Assembly: GCA_949493535.1 (NCBI GenBank)
Contig: CASZWJ010000004.1
Location: forward strand, 38,877 to 102,876
Length of the DNA: 64,000 bases
Source of the DNA: an uncultured Alphaproteobacteria bacterium
GTDB lineage: Bacteria; Pseudomonadota; Alphaproteobacteria; RF32; CAG-239
Direction of reading: 5' to 3'
Below the pieces are notes generated by a model. The model was given only the letters and a program-made list of their open reading frames with translations. It made no database searches and was not told where the DNA came from. Positions 18,656-27,542 of this stretch are shown here, piece after piece. Position 1 is the stretch's first letter, and each line of letters starts with the position of its first letter. The position numbers and the translations under genes are program-made.

Positions 18656-19911
18656 AAGCTTAAAACGGCCTCCCTAGACATCTGACGGCATACATTATTG
18701 AGCACGATTTTCTTGCGGTTGAGATTATCGCGGATTAATTCTTCCAGACCGGTCTTAACCCAAAAATTATAAATATTCACCGTCCTTGCACGCAGCTTTT
18801 GATTCAGATTATACAGGCTCTGCACTTTATCTTTATAATCAAAGGTCTGAGAAAAATAGATAATGTTGTCGCAAGCATGCAGACTCAAATGCAAACGGTC
18901 AACCCGATAAGTGCAGAACATAATATTAATATCTCTCTCAAAACAGCGGATTGCCCGCAACTTGTTTGAACGCCCCGTCAGTTCGACAAAAGCGCCTTTG
19001 ACAAAGCCGCCGCTTTCGCGCAGAAAAACCACCTCATCCAAATACTTGGTATAAATGATAACTTTTTCGTTGCGTTTTTCAATCTGACGCACCAGTTTGA
19101 ACAAAGCTTCCACCTTGTTTTTGGCAATTGTGTAGATATGTTGGAACTTCTGAGCGACTTCCATAAAAGCCACGTGATATTTGCCTTTCAAAAAATCTTC
19201 TTTTTCCTGACGGTAGTTTTTGGCTTCTGCCGGCGTCAATTCAAAATCCTGATTGTAATGGCGCAAATTACTATTCCAATCCTTTAAATCAAACTTAAAA
19301 ATATAAGGGCGTATCATTTGTATCAATTTTTTTTCGTTTTCGGGCGTTGACCAGCGTCTACAGGTTTTAAAATCATCAAAATAAAACGGAAGGAAATAAT
19401 TGGCAAACTGAGTTTCCGTCATTCGCAAAATATTTGAATCAATAAATGTCAGCTGGGCATATAAATCTATCAGCCCCTGCGTCAACGGCACTGCGCTCAA
19501 AATCAGCCTGTATTTGAATTTTTTATGTATCGACAAAAGCCGCCGCGTTCTTCCGGCTTCAGAATTTTTGATTGTCAAACTGTCGTCAACCACGCAAAAT
19601 GTTCGATATTTATCGCAGATATTATACAATCGCAAATACTTTTCATCAGACAAAGAAACAGATTCAATCGAAAAAAAACAAATTTTTTTGGCAGTCTCTC
19701 CGGCATAAAACCTTATCAAGGATTTGTATTCCGGCGTGCCGAAAAAAGCTGACGGCGCTATCCAAATAACAAAATCTATCTCTGAGAGCTTTGAGCGGAT
19801 TAAATCAACAGCGAACTTTATTTTTTCATCGCTCGCATTTATAAAAACAGCTCCCGCTTTAAGACAGGAGAGTTTTTTACTTGCTTCCTTAAACTGCCGG
19901 CTGAAATTCAT
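18652..19911 (-). CDS. SNF2-family helicase-like protein with degenerate ATPase motifs (probable pseudo-ATPase), 419 aa
   Basis: It aligns by motif spacing to the SNF2 N-domain. VIWIAPSAFFGTPEY matches motif Ia (LIVxPxSxxxNW). FCVVDDSLTIKN matches motif II, with DDSL in place of DEAH. RLILSAVPLTQGLIDLYAQLTFID matches motif III (LLLTGTPLQNxLxELWSLLNFL), with SAVP in place of TGTP. The motif I position reads GAVFINASDEKIK, with no GxGKT P-loop. The C-terminal half has helicase-C-like VIIYTKYLDEVVFLRE...FVELTGRSN...IMFCTYRVDRLHLSLHACDNIIYFSQTFD but lacks the QxxDRxHRIGQ arginine-finger motif. Confidence 0.6.
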   Translation of the reverse strand: MNFSRQFKEASKKLSCLKAGAVFINASDEKIKFAVDLIRSKLSEIDFVIWIAPSAFFGTPEYKSLIRFYAGETAKKICFFSIESVSLSDEKYLRLYNICDKYRTFCVVDDSLTIKNSEAGRTRRLLSIHKKFKYRLILSAVPLTQGLIDLYAQLTFIDSNILRMTETQFANYFLPFYFDDFKTCRRWSTPENEKKLIQMIRPYIFKFDLKDWNSNLRHYNQDFELTPAEAKNYRQEKEDFLKGKYHVAFMEVAQKFQHIYTIAKNKVEALFKLVRQIEKRNEKVIIYTKYLDEVVFLRESGGFVKGAFVELTGRSNKLRAIRCFERDINIMFCTYRVDRLHLSLHACDNIIYFSQTFDYKDKVQSLYNLNQKLRARTVNIYNFWVKTGLEELIRDNLNRKKIVLNNVCRQMSREAVLSL

Positions 19912-20066
19912 TTTTTACTTACATATCTTATTATATACTACTTCTAATATACAACCATTTTGCCTTTTATACCATATTTTGCTCATCTTTTTCAACAAGC
20001 ACATCTTTCCGATGAAAAAACTTGAAATAAGACTATTTTAAATTAGACTGATGAAAAATTTACATT

Positions 20067-20504
20067 GTGAAAGTTAACATTATGAAAAAATTGCCGATAA
20101 TTACAGCCGCTTTTATGCTGGCTGCCATATCTGCCCAAGCTGAAAAGCCGGAAGAAACTCCTGATAACATTCAAATTCCCGAACAATATCTGGAAATTGA
20201 CAAAGGGTGTCAGAATTCTGATATTTATCAATATAATTCGTGCCTGAAAGAAGCTTTGTTCAAAATCATGTCCGCAACATTGACCGAAGAACAGATTGAT
20301 GATTTAAAATCGCAGCTGGCCGGCATTGAACAAGAAGTTGACACTGCAGAGCCGGATTATGATAACCCTCAGGTTAAAACAGCAGAAGGCAATGAAAGCA
20401 AAATAAAAGAGATGCGCGCCGAGAGCATGAATTTGATATGGAAAAGAATTTTAATTGAAACGCTGAACAGCCTGAATGCCGTTACGGCCGGCCAGAATGC
20501 TTAA
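20067..20504 (+). CDS. Hypothetical secreted protein (145 aa, signal peptide MKKLPIITAAFMLAAISAQA)
   Basis: Clear Sec signal peptide. The mature part has a two-Cys segment, CQNSDIYQYNSC, and coiled-coil-like EEQIDDLKSQLAGIEQEV. Possibly a DUF1311/LprI-like fold, but this is not certain. Confidence 0.45.
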   Translation: MKVNIMKKLPIITAAFMLAAISAQAEKPEETPDNIQIPEQYLEIDKGCQNSDIYQYNSCLKEALFKIMSATLTEEQIDDLKSQLAGIEQEVDTAEPDYDNPQVKTAEGNESKIKEMRAESMNLIWKRILIETLNSLNAVTAGQNA

Positions 20505-20540
20505 AAAAAACCCCGCTTAAAGCGGGGCTTTTTGTTTTTT
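20505..20540. terminator. Bidirectional rho-independent terminator (A8-CCCCGCT-TAA-AGCGGGG-T12)
   Basis: Perfect 7-bp GC stem flanked by A8 and T-rich runs, exactly between the convergent stops at 20504 (+) and 20540 (-). Confidence 0.6.
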
Positions 20541-21178
20541 TACTGCATATTTATCAATGTGATTTCCACACGGCGGTTTTGTTCTCGGCCGGCAGCCGTC
20601 GCATTCGAAGCTATCGGATTAGCAGAACCCAATCCCGATGCATAAACACGGGCTGCAGCTACGCCGCGGAGTTTTAAATAAGAGGCGACAGCATTGGCTC
20701 TGTCTGCGGAAAGCTTATTGTTAATTGCCGCAGTGCCGGTATTGTCCGTATAACCGGTTACCTGAACTTTAGTCTTGTCAAATTCGGTTAAAACCTTGGC
20801 CACAGAATCCAAAACTGGTTTGAAGTTCGCTTTAATATTGGATTGGTTTGTATCAAAAGTAATATTACCCGGCATAACCAAAACGACCATTTGTCCGTCT
20901 TTAACAACGCGAACGCCGGTTCCTTCCAATTCCTGACGCAGCTTGCGCGCCTGAACATCCATATAAGCTCCGACGCCGGCGCCCGAAGCAGCGCCGATGC
21001 CCGCACCGATTAAAGCGCCTTTTTCACCGCCGATCAAAGCGCCTATGCCGGCGCCGGCGGCCGTACCGATACCGGTTCCCCATGCTGTTTTGGAAACTTT
21101 GCTCTCTCCGGTATAAGGATCAATTGCACAAGCGCTCAGAAAAGAAAGGGCGGCCAATGCACAAAGTAATTTTTTCAT
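20540..21178 (-). CDS. OmpA-family lipoprotein with N-terminal glycine-zipper (YiaD-like)
   Basis: Lipoprotein signal LSFLSAC. A glycine zipper, GTGIGTAAGAGIGALIGGEKGALIGAGIGAASGAGVGAY, is followed by an OmpA C-terminal peptidoglycan-binding domain (VTGYTDNTG...NNKLSADRANAVASYL...REQNRRVEI). Confidence 0.75.
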   Translation of the reverse strand: MKKLLCALAALSFLSACAIDPYTGESKVSKTAWGTGIGTAAGAGIGALIGGEKGALIGAGIGAASGAGVGAYMDVQARKLRQELEGTGVRVVKDGQMVVLVMPGNITFDTNQSNIKANFKPVLDSVAKVLTEFDKTKVQVTGYTDNTGTAAINNKLSADRANAVASYLKLRGVAAARVYASGLGSANPIASNATAAGREQNRRVEITLINMQ

Positions 21179-21309
21179 AGCAAACTCCTCTGTTTCAATA
21201 AAATCGGTTAATCGAATTATTCATTTCTAATAACAGTTTTAAACACTTTATTTAGAGAATCAAATTTATACTCTTCATAATTGAAAAGATTTAATAAAGG
21301 GTGAATCTT

Positions 21310-22752
21310 ATGAAACTTTGCACATTGGCCGAGGGCCTGAACTTAAACTTAACAACACCTGACTTGGAAATCAGCGATATTGCTTCCGACTCCCGCGCCG
21401 TCTCAAACGGCTGCCTGTTTGCAGCCCTTGACAACGGCGTAGACAACGGCAATGCCTATATTCCGCATGCAATCAGCAGAGGAGCTTCAGCCGTTGTCTG
21501 TAAAAATGCCGAAATGAAGAAAGAATATCCCGATACGGTTTTCATTGAGACAGAAAATCCAAACAAAGTTTTTTCACGCATGGTTGCCAGATTTTATGAA
21601 GGCCAGCCGCGGCATATTGCGGCTATCACCGGAACCAACGGCAAGACCTCTATTGCCGATTTTATCCGCCAGATGTTGGTTGCAGACGGAAAAAATGCCG
21701 CCAGCATCGGCACCTTGGGGCTAATCAAAAATAACAATGCTCCGGCGGCTTACGTTAATACGACGCCGGGGGCAATTACGTTGCACAAAGATATGCAGCG
21801 CTTGGTTCAAGACGGTTTTGATTATCTGGCGATTGAAGCTTCCAGCCACGGAATCTGCCAATACCGCATCGGCGGCATCAATATTGAGGTTGCCGGTTTT
21901 ACCAACCTCACTCAGGATCATTTGGATTACCACCAAACAATGGAAAACTATTATGAAGCCAAAAAGCTTCTGTTTACAGATATTATGGCTCATGGCGGCA
22001 CTGTTGTTCTCAATGCCGATATTGATATTTATGAAGATTTGAGAAACGCCTGCCGAAAGGCCGGACACAAAATCATCAGCTATGGCCGCGGCGGAGACGA
22101 TATCCGTTTACTAAGCGCAGAACCGCTTCCTCACGGACAAAACCTGAAAGTCCGCTATTTCGGCAAAGAGCATGATTTATCTGTTCCGTTAGCCGGAAAT
22201 TTTCAGGCGATGAACATTCTCTGCGCTTTAGGCATGGCCGGCGCTCTGAGCGGAAAACCCGAAGAAATGCTGAAATATGTTTCGAATTTGAAAGGCGCTA
22301 AGGGACGCTTGCAATATATAGGCACAACGGCTATAGGCGGCGCGGTTTACGTTGACTATGCGCATACGCCGGACGCTCTTGAAAACGTTATATCCGCCAT
22401 GCGGCCCCATACCGAGAACAAACTGCATATTCTGTTCGGCTGCGGCGGCGACAGAGACAAGACCAAACGCCCGATTATGGGACAGATTGCTCAGAAGGAA
22501 GCTGATGTCGCCTATGTTGCAGATGACAATCCCAGAACGGAAAACGCCGAAGATATCCGCCAGCAGATTATGGCTGGCTGCCCCGATGCTCACAATATCG
22601 GCGACAGGGAAAAAGCCATAGAATTTGCCATAAACCGGCTGAATAAGGGCGATGTTTTGATTGTGGCCGGCAAAGGGCATGAGACCGGACAATATATAAA
22701 CGGCAAAATTTTGCCTTTTAATGATGAAGAAATTATCAAAAAATATCTTTAG
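21310..22752 (+). CDS. murE: UDP-N-acetylmuramoyl-L-alanyl-D-glutamate--2,6-diaminopimelate ligase (MurE)
   Basis: Mur ligase P-loop AITGTNGKTS. The central domain has ASSHGI and HLDYH. DYAHTPDALE and the DNPR motif (ADDNPRTE) that specifies meso-DAP-adding MurE are present. The GTG at 21301 in the ORF track is likely an extension. ATG 21310 is preferred as start. Confidence 0.85.
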   Translation: MKLCTLAEGLNLNLTTPDLEISDIASDSRAVSNGCLFAALDNGVDNGNAYIPHAISRGASAVVCKNAEMKKEYPDTVFIETENPNKVFSRMVARFYEGQPRHIAAITGTNGKTSIADFIRQMLVADGKNAASIGTLGLIKNNNAPAAYVNTTPGAITLHKDMQRLVQDGFDYLAIEASSHGICQYRIGGINIEVAGFTNLTQDHLDYHQTMENYYEAKKLLFTDIMAHGGTVVLNADIDIYEDLRNACRKAGHKIISYGRGGDDIRLLSAEPLPHGQNLKVRYFGKEHDLSVPLAGNFQAMNILCALGMAGALSGKPEEMLKYVSNLKGAKGRLQYIGTTAIGGAVYVDYAHTPDALENVISAMRPHTENKLHILFGCGGDRDKTKRPIMGQIAQKEADVAYVADDNPRTENAEDIRQQIMAGCPDAHNIGDREKAIEFAINRLNKGDVLIVAGKGHETGQYINGKILPFNDEEIIKKYL

Positions 22753-22764
22753 CTTGTCAAAGTA

Positions 22765-22791
22765 AAGCCCCGATATTTCGGGGCTTTTTTT
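22765..22791 (+). terminator. Rho-independent terminator after murE (AAGCCCCGA-TATT-TCGGGGCTT + T7)
   Basis: Perfect 9-bp stem followed by TTTTTTT. Confidence 0.55.
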
Positions 22792-23095
22792 ATTTATCCA
22801 TTATTTTTTTCAATACATTTTTTATGGAAATATAATTTTCCTGCTGCCCGTGCCCAGCCCTTTTGTGGCCGTCTTCAGACGCAGCCTCGCGAAAATAGGT
22901 TACCAAAAACAGGCGGGTGGAATAAGTCAATCCCAGAATATCAGATTTATTTGCTTCAATCATTTCTATCAAATGATTTTTAGAGATTCTTTCAATTTTG
23001 CAGACCTCGTATAAAGCATCCCATTCCTTTTGGCACAACCGCATACTTGTCCGGCGGTTGTTAATCAGAATTATCTTATTCATTAATTTGGTCAT
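22790..23095 (-). CDS. Ribbon-helix-helix (CopG/Arc-like) DNA-binding protein, putative regulator
   Basis: RRTSMRLCQKEWDALYEVCKIERISKNHLIEMIEA matches the RHH pattern (RTSVRLDDELWEALDELA...S.SELIREAL). It is a 101-aa protein divergently placed upstream of flgI. Confidence 0.4.
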   Translation of the reverse strand: MTKLMNKIILINNRRTSMRLCQKEWDALYEVCKIERISKNHLIEMIEANKSDILGLTYSTRLFLVTYFREAASEDGHKRAGHGQQENYISIKNVLKKIMDK

Positions 23096-23395
23096 GGCGC
23101 TAACACTGCTTAGTTACAAATCATCTTAAATTTTATATTACTGATTTTAACTATACATGTACGGCACAAAAATACAATTAAAAAAAGAAAATTTACATAA
23201 AAAAGTGTATAGTTTTATAAAAAGACTACTTTTACTTACTATATTATGTATTTTATCCAATCTATTAAAATTGCTAAACATATTATTTTATGTACAGGAT
23301 TAATATCCTATATGATTTTGCAATCACCCGCCCGATTATTTTGGCACGAATTTTGCATTATTAAGGTAAAGTTTAATTACAATTTTGAGGCCATA

Positions 23396-24526
23396 ATGAA
23401 GATGATTGCTTTCAAACCTATTAAAACCGCGCTTTTTGCCGTATTCAGCCTGGGAATATTTTTTCAGGCACAGGCAGTTTATGCCTCTTCGCGCATAAAA
23501 GATATTGCCGATTTTGAAGGCATAAGGGACAACCAGCTTGCCGGATATGGTTTGGTTGTCGGTTTGAACGGCACCGGAGACAATATCAAGTCCATAGATT
23601 TTACCAAAGAAAGCATTTTATCAATGCTTGACCGTATCGGTATTAATGCGCGCGACGGACAGTTGAAGTCTAAAAACGTTGCGGCGGTTATGGTCACGGC
23701 CAATCTGCCGGCATTCGGGCGTCAGGGAAGCCGCATTGACGTTATGGTCAGCGCTTTGGGCGATGCCAAAAGCCTGCAGGGCGGCACTTTGCTCGCAACA
23801 GCACTCACCGGCGCCGACGGCGAGGTTTATGCTGTTGCCCAAGGACAGATTGCAGTCGGTGCAGTCAGTGCCAAAGGCGCAACCCAGTCTGTTGTCAAAG
23901 GCGTGCCAACCTCAGGAAGAATTGCCAACGGGGCTATTATCGAAAATGAGATTCCTTTTGAGCTGGATAACATGAAAAAAATCAGAATTGCCCTACGCAA
24001 TCCTGACTTTACGACGGCTCGCCGCGTGACAGACGCAATCAATGCCTATATGAGCACGAATGCGGCAAAAGCCCTTGATCCGGGAACGATTGCCATTGAC
24101 ATTCCCGAAAATTATGACGGCAAGATTGTCGATTTTATGACCAAAATCGAACAACTCCAAGTCCAGCCGGACCAATTGGCTAAAGTGGTTATTGACGAAG
24201 CCTCCGGCATTGTCGTTATCGGCAAAGACGTTAAGATTAACCGTTTGGCCATCGCCCAAGGCAACCTGACGATTAAAATTACGGAAATGCCTTTTGTTTC
24301 GCAGCCGCTGCCTTTTTCTGACGGGCAAACCGTTGTCGGCACCAATACGGCTATTGATATTAATGAAGGCATTGAAACCAAACTCAGCGTTTTGGACACC
24401 GGCGTTAATTTACAGGAACTGGTTGACGGCTTGAACGCTTTGGGCGTAACGCCGCGCGACCTTATCAGCATCTTGCAGGCTATTAAAGCCAGCGGCGCAT
24501 TACAAGCAGATATAGAGGTAATTTAA
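23396..24526 (+). CDS. flgI: Flagellar P-ring protein FlgI
   Basis: Signal peptide MKMIAFKPIKTALFAVFSLGIFFQAQA, then SSRIKDIADFEGIRDNQLAGYGLVVGLNGTGD and the conserved FlgI core through to C-terminal LQADIEVI. The ORF-track start at 23246 is an upstream extension. ATG 23396 precedes the signal peptide. Confidence 0.9.
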   Translation: MKMIAFKPIKTALFAVFSLGIFFQAQAVYASSRIKDIADFEGIRDNQLAGYGLVVGLNGTGDNIKSIDFTKESILSMLDRIGINARDGQLKSKNVAAVMVTANLPAFGRQGSRIDVMVSALGDAKSLQGGTLLATALTGADGEVYAVAQGQIAVGAVSAKGATQSVVKGVPTSGRIANGAIIENEIPFELDNMKKIRIALRNPDFTTARRVTDAINAYMSTNAAKALDPGTIAIDIPENYDGKIVDFMTKIEQLQVQPDQLAKVVIDEASGIVVIGKDVKINRLAIAQGNLTIKITEMPFVSQPLPFSDGQTVVGTNTAIDINEGIETKLSVLDTGVNLQELVDGLNALGVTPRDLISILQAIKASGALQADIEVI

Positions 24527-24527
24527 G

Positions 24528-24869
24528 ATGACTGAAGCCGTTTCGACATATCAGGCCAATCAAGTTTTTTCCGGCAAAACGGGAAAAGCTCTATCGTCTC
24601 AGGATAAAGGCGCCAAAAATTTAGCCAAGGCTAAAGAAGCGGCCGAAGATTTTGAAGCCTTTTTCATGACAAAAATGATGGAAAGCATGTATGAAGGCGT
24701 TTCAACTGACGGAATGTTTGGCGGCGGCCATGCCGAAAAAATCTACCGTTCCATGCTGTTAACGGAATATGGCAAGATTATGGCAAAAACCGGCACCATT
24801 GGCATTTCAGACAGCATTATGGATTCAATTATTCAGATGCAGGAGGCTCAGAGTGCCGCGGCACATTGA
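24528..24869 (+). CDS. flgJ: Flagellar rod-binding protein FlgJ, short form (no muramidase domain)
   Basis: AAEDFEAFFMTKMMESMYEG...GGGHAEKIYRSMLLTEYGKIMAKTGTIGISDSIM matches the FlgJ N-terminal rod-binding domain. The 113-aa length means no glucosaminidase domain. Start is 1 nt after the flgI stop. Confidence 0.65.
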   Translation: MTEAVSTYQANQVFSGKTGKALSSQDKGAKNLAKAKEAAEDFEAFFMTKMMESMYEGVSTDGMFGGGHAEKIYRSMLLTEYGKIMAKTGTIGISDSIMDSIIQMQEAQSAAAH

Positions 24870-24883
24870 GAAAAGGTGATAAG

Positions 24884-25336
24884 ATGGAAAATATTACGCA
24901 AGAAGAATTAAATAAAAGGATTGCCGATTATCATGAAATTATTTCCGGCTTTACCGCTCTTCTCAAGGAAGAAAATAAAGCTTTGGCCGAGTTGGATATG
25001 GACACGGTCGGAAAACTGTTTGAAAAAAAAGCGCAAACCGTCGGCGTTTATCGCGGTTTAGTCGCATTTTTCATTAAACATCAAGATGCCTTAAACAGCC
25101 TCAGCGACGAAGAAAAAAACAGCCTCAAAGAAGAATCCAAGACATTGGATGAGCTGCTGCTTGAAAATGACAAATTATTAAAAACCAGAATGGAAACCAG
25201 CCAGACGGTAATGGATTCAATTATCAACATTGCCAAAGTGGCTAACAACGCCAATGCGACATCTTACGGCTGTCAGGGGCGCTATACCCCTCTGGACAAC
25301 AGTAAGAATGCCCTTGCCGTTAACAGGACTTTGTAG
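24884..25336 (+). CDS. Putative flagellar export chaperone, FlgN-like (helical 150-aa protein preceding flgK)
   Basis: AAGGTG RBS 5 nt before ATG 24884. The protein is all-helical and E/K/L-rich, with a C-terminal YGCQGRYTPLDNSKNA tail resembling FlgN termini. The call rests mainly on position and composition. Confidence 0.35.
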   Translation: MENITQEELNKRIADYHEIISGFTALLKEENKALAELDMDTVGKLFEKKAQTVGVYRGLVAFFIKHQDALNSLSDEEKNSLKEESKTLDELLLENDKLLKTRMETSQTVMDSIINIAKVANNANATSYGCQGRYTPLDNSKNALAVNRTL

Positions 25337-25347
25337 GAGACACGACC

Positions 25348-27531
25348 ATGGCATTAATTCCCAGTTTAAATACTTCTCTTTCCGGAATGAAAACGGCTCA
25401 AGGGCAGTTGGACATTGTCAGCCGCAATATTGCCAATACCGATACTGTCGGCTATTCCCGCAAATCAGCCCAGCAGAACGCCGTGGTTTTGTCAGGAACC
25501 CCCAACGGCGTGGCTCTCGGCGAAGTCAGACGCAATGTTAACGAAGGATTGTTACGCAGCTTTCTGGCATCTAATTCGACAACCGGAAATCTTAGTTCTA
25601 AAAATGAATATCTGAGCAAAACCCAGCTTCTTTTGGGAACACCGCAAAGCGACAACTCCATTGCTGCTAACGTCGGCGCGCTCCAAGCCGCTTTTGAAAC
25701 TTTTGCCAGCGACGTCACTTCTGCTTCCAGCCGCTATAATCTTTTAAATAATGCGCAAACAATCGCCCAGCGCCTCAGCTCTATTTCTACCGAAATCCAA
25801 AAACTGCGCGGTGATGCAGATTTGGGAATCAGCGGCGCGGTTAACGAAGTCAATGCCTTATTAACCAGTCTGGACGATTTGAATGACAGCATTGTCAAAT
25901 ACAAAGTTCTGGGCTATGAGGGCGTTCCCGATTTGGAAGACAAGAGAGACCAAGCCTTGCGCGAGCTGAGCGAAAAAATTGATATCACTTATTTCAAACG
26001 CGACAACGGCGCTATCGTCATTCAGACACAAAACGGCATTACCCTGTTGGACAACGATCCTTATTACCTTTCGCATTCTGCCGTTGCCCAGACCAGCCCC
26101 ACTTCAACTTATGCCGGAGGCGAAATCGGCGGCATCTTTGTTGACGGCACCGATATAACAAACCTGTTAAAAGACGGCGAAATTAAAGGATTGGTCGAAG
26201 TACGAGATGTCATCCTTCCGTCTTTGCAGTCTCAGTTAGACGAGCTTGCCGGCAGCTTGAAAAACGAAATCAATGCCGTTCATAACCAAGGAACAGCATT
26301 TCCGGCAACGCCGTCAAGCCTGACCGGCACCCGCACGATTATTGATGCGGCCAAACAGCGTATCAAGATTGAAGGCGGCGATGTCCGTTTTACGATTTTT
26401 GATAAATCAGGCAACCAAGTGTCAACAGCTTCGCTCATCGGCGACATCGGTTTTAGCGAAGGCACAATTGAAGAAATGACGACAGCCATTCAAAACTGGC
26501 TGACATCCCCGACCGGCGGCAATATGCCCGAAGCGGTTGCCCAAATTGACAAGAACGGACATTTGACCATTCAGACCGGTGACAGCGAGTATTCTATCTC
26601 AATTATGGATCAGGTTTCTTCGACGCCGGGAAGCGATCAGGGCAGCGTAACCATTAAATTTGCCGGAAACAATACCCTCAATTATGACCGCTCGTTTGAA
26701 GGCTTTTCCAATTTCTTCGGGCTTAATGACTTTTTCGTTACTCAAAATACGGAATCTATTTATGACTCGAAAGTTGTCTCTCGCAATCTGAACCTCGGAT
26801 TGAAAGAACAGGTGGTTCTCGGCTTTTCCACCCCAGGCAACGGTGTCAATTTCGGTTCTATTACCGTTAATCCGTTTGACAGCCTGACGGACATTGTCAA
26901 TAAAATTAACGATGACCCGACTCTTAACTCGACAATTCGCGCTTCCCTTGTTCCAAACGGTGACGGCTATATGCTCCGTATTGTTAATACGACCGGCGAA
27001 CAATTGGAAATTTCGGAAAACCGCATGAACGGCGACCCGGCTCCCGGCCTGATTGAGAAACTCGGTTTGCGCCCGTCCAACGCCACGGCAGCCACTTCGT
27101 TGCAGGTACGCGATAATTTGGCAAATCAGCCGGATTTGATTGTTTCCGGCACTCCGGAATTTAACAAAAATTCAGGAAAATACCAGCTCAATCCGGCGCA
27201 AAACGATATTGCCAATAAATTAGCCGAAGTTTTTTCAACAACGCATGATTTTGCACAATCAGGAACGATTGCAAAAACGACAACCACACTCGGAAACTAT
27301 GCCGCAACTTTTGTCGGAAGCATTGCCACCCAGACCAGCAATGCGGAAAGCAACCTGAAATATCAACAGGAATTAACAAACTCCATTTCGACCAAAGAAG
27401 CGCAAATCAGCGGCGTAGACATCGACGAAGAACTTGGACAAATGATTATTTTTCAGCAGTCTTACGCGGCAAGCGCCAAAGCTTTTACCGCAGCAAAAGA
27501 AATTTTAGACATGCTGCTTAATATTGTATAG
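25348..27531 (+). CDS. flgK: Flagellar hook-associated protein 1, FlgK
   Basis: AGGAGA RBS. The N-terminus MALIPSLNTSLSGMKTAQGQLDIVSRNIANTDTVGYSRK is the rod/hook N-terminal signature. The C-terminus GQMIIFQQSYAASAKAFTAAKEILDMLLNIV is the FlgK C-terminal helix. 727 aa. Confidence 0.85.
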   Translation: MALIPSLNTSLSGMKTAQGQLDIVSRNIANTDTVGYSRKSAQQNAVVLSGTPNGVALGEVRRNVNEGLLRSFLASNSTTGNLSSKNEYLSKTQLLLGTPQSDNSIAANVGALQAAFETFASDVTSASSRYNLLNNAQTIAQRLSSISTEIQKLRGDADLGISGAVNEVNALLTSLDDLNDSIVKYKVLGYEGVPDLEDKRDQALRELSEKIDITYFKRDNGAIVIQTQNGITLLDNDPYYLSHSAVAQTSPTSTYAGGEIGGIFVDGTDITNLLKDGEIKGLVEVRDVILPSLQSQLDELAGSLKNEINAVHNQGTAFPATPSSLTGTRTIIDAAKQRIKIEGGDVRFTIFDKSGNQVSTASLIGDIGFSEGTIEEMTTAIQNWLTSPTGGNMPEAVAQIDKNGHLTIQTGDSEYSISIMDQVSSTPGSDQGSVTIKFAGNNTLNYDRSFEGFSNFFGLNDFFVTQNTESIYDSKVVSRNLNLGLKEQVVLGFSTPGNGVNFGSITVNPFDSLTDIVNKINDDPTLNSTIRASLVPNGDGYMLRIVNTTGEQLEISENRMNGDPAPGLIEKLGLRPSNATAATSLQVRDNLANQPDLIVSGTPEFNKNSGKYQLNPAQNDIANKLAEVFSTTHDFAQSGTIAKTTTTLGNYAATFVGSIATQTSNAESNLKYQQELTNSISTKEAQISGVDIDEELGQMIIFQQSYAASAKAFTAAKEILDMLLNIV

Positions 27532-27542
27532 GAGATTTTATT

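Noticed and set aside
23246-23395. 150-nt N-terminal extension of flgI in the ORF track
   Set aside because: The signal peptide begins at Met 23396. The upstream extension is AT-rich promoter-like DNA.
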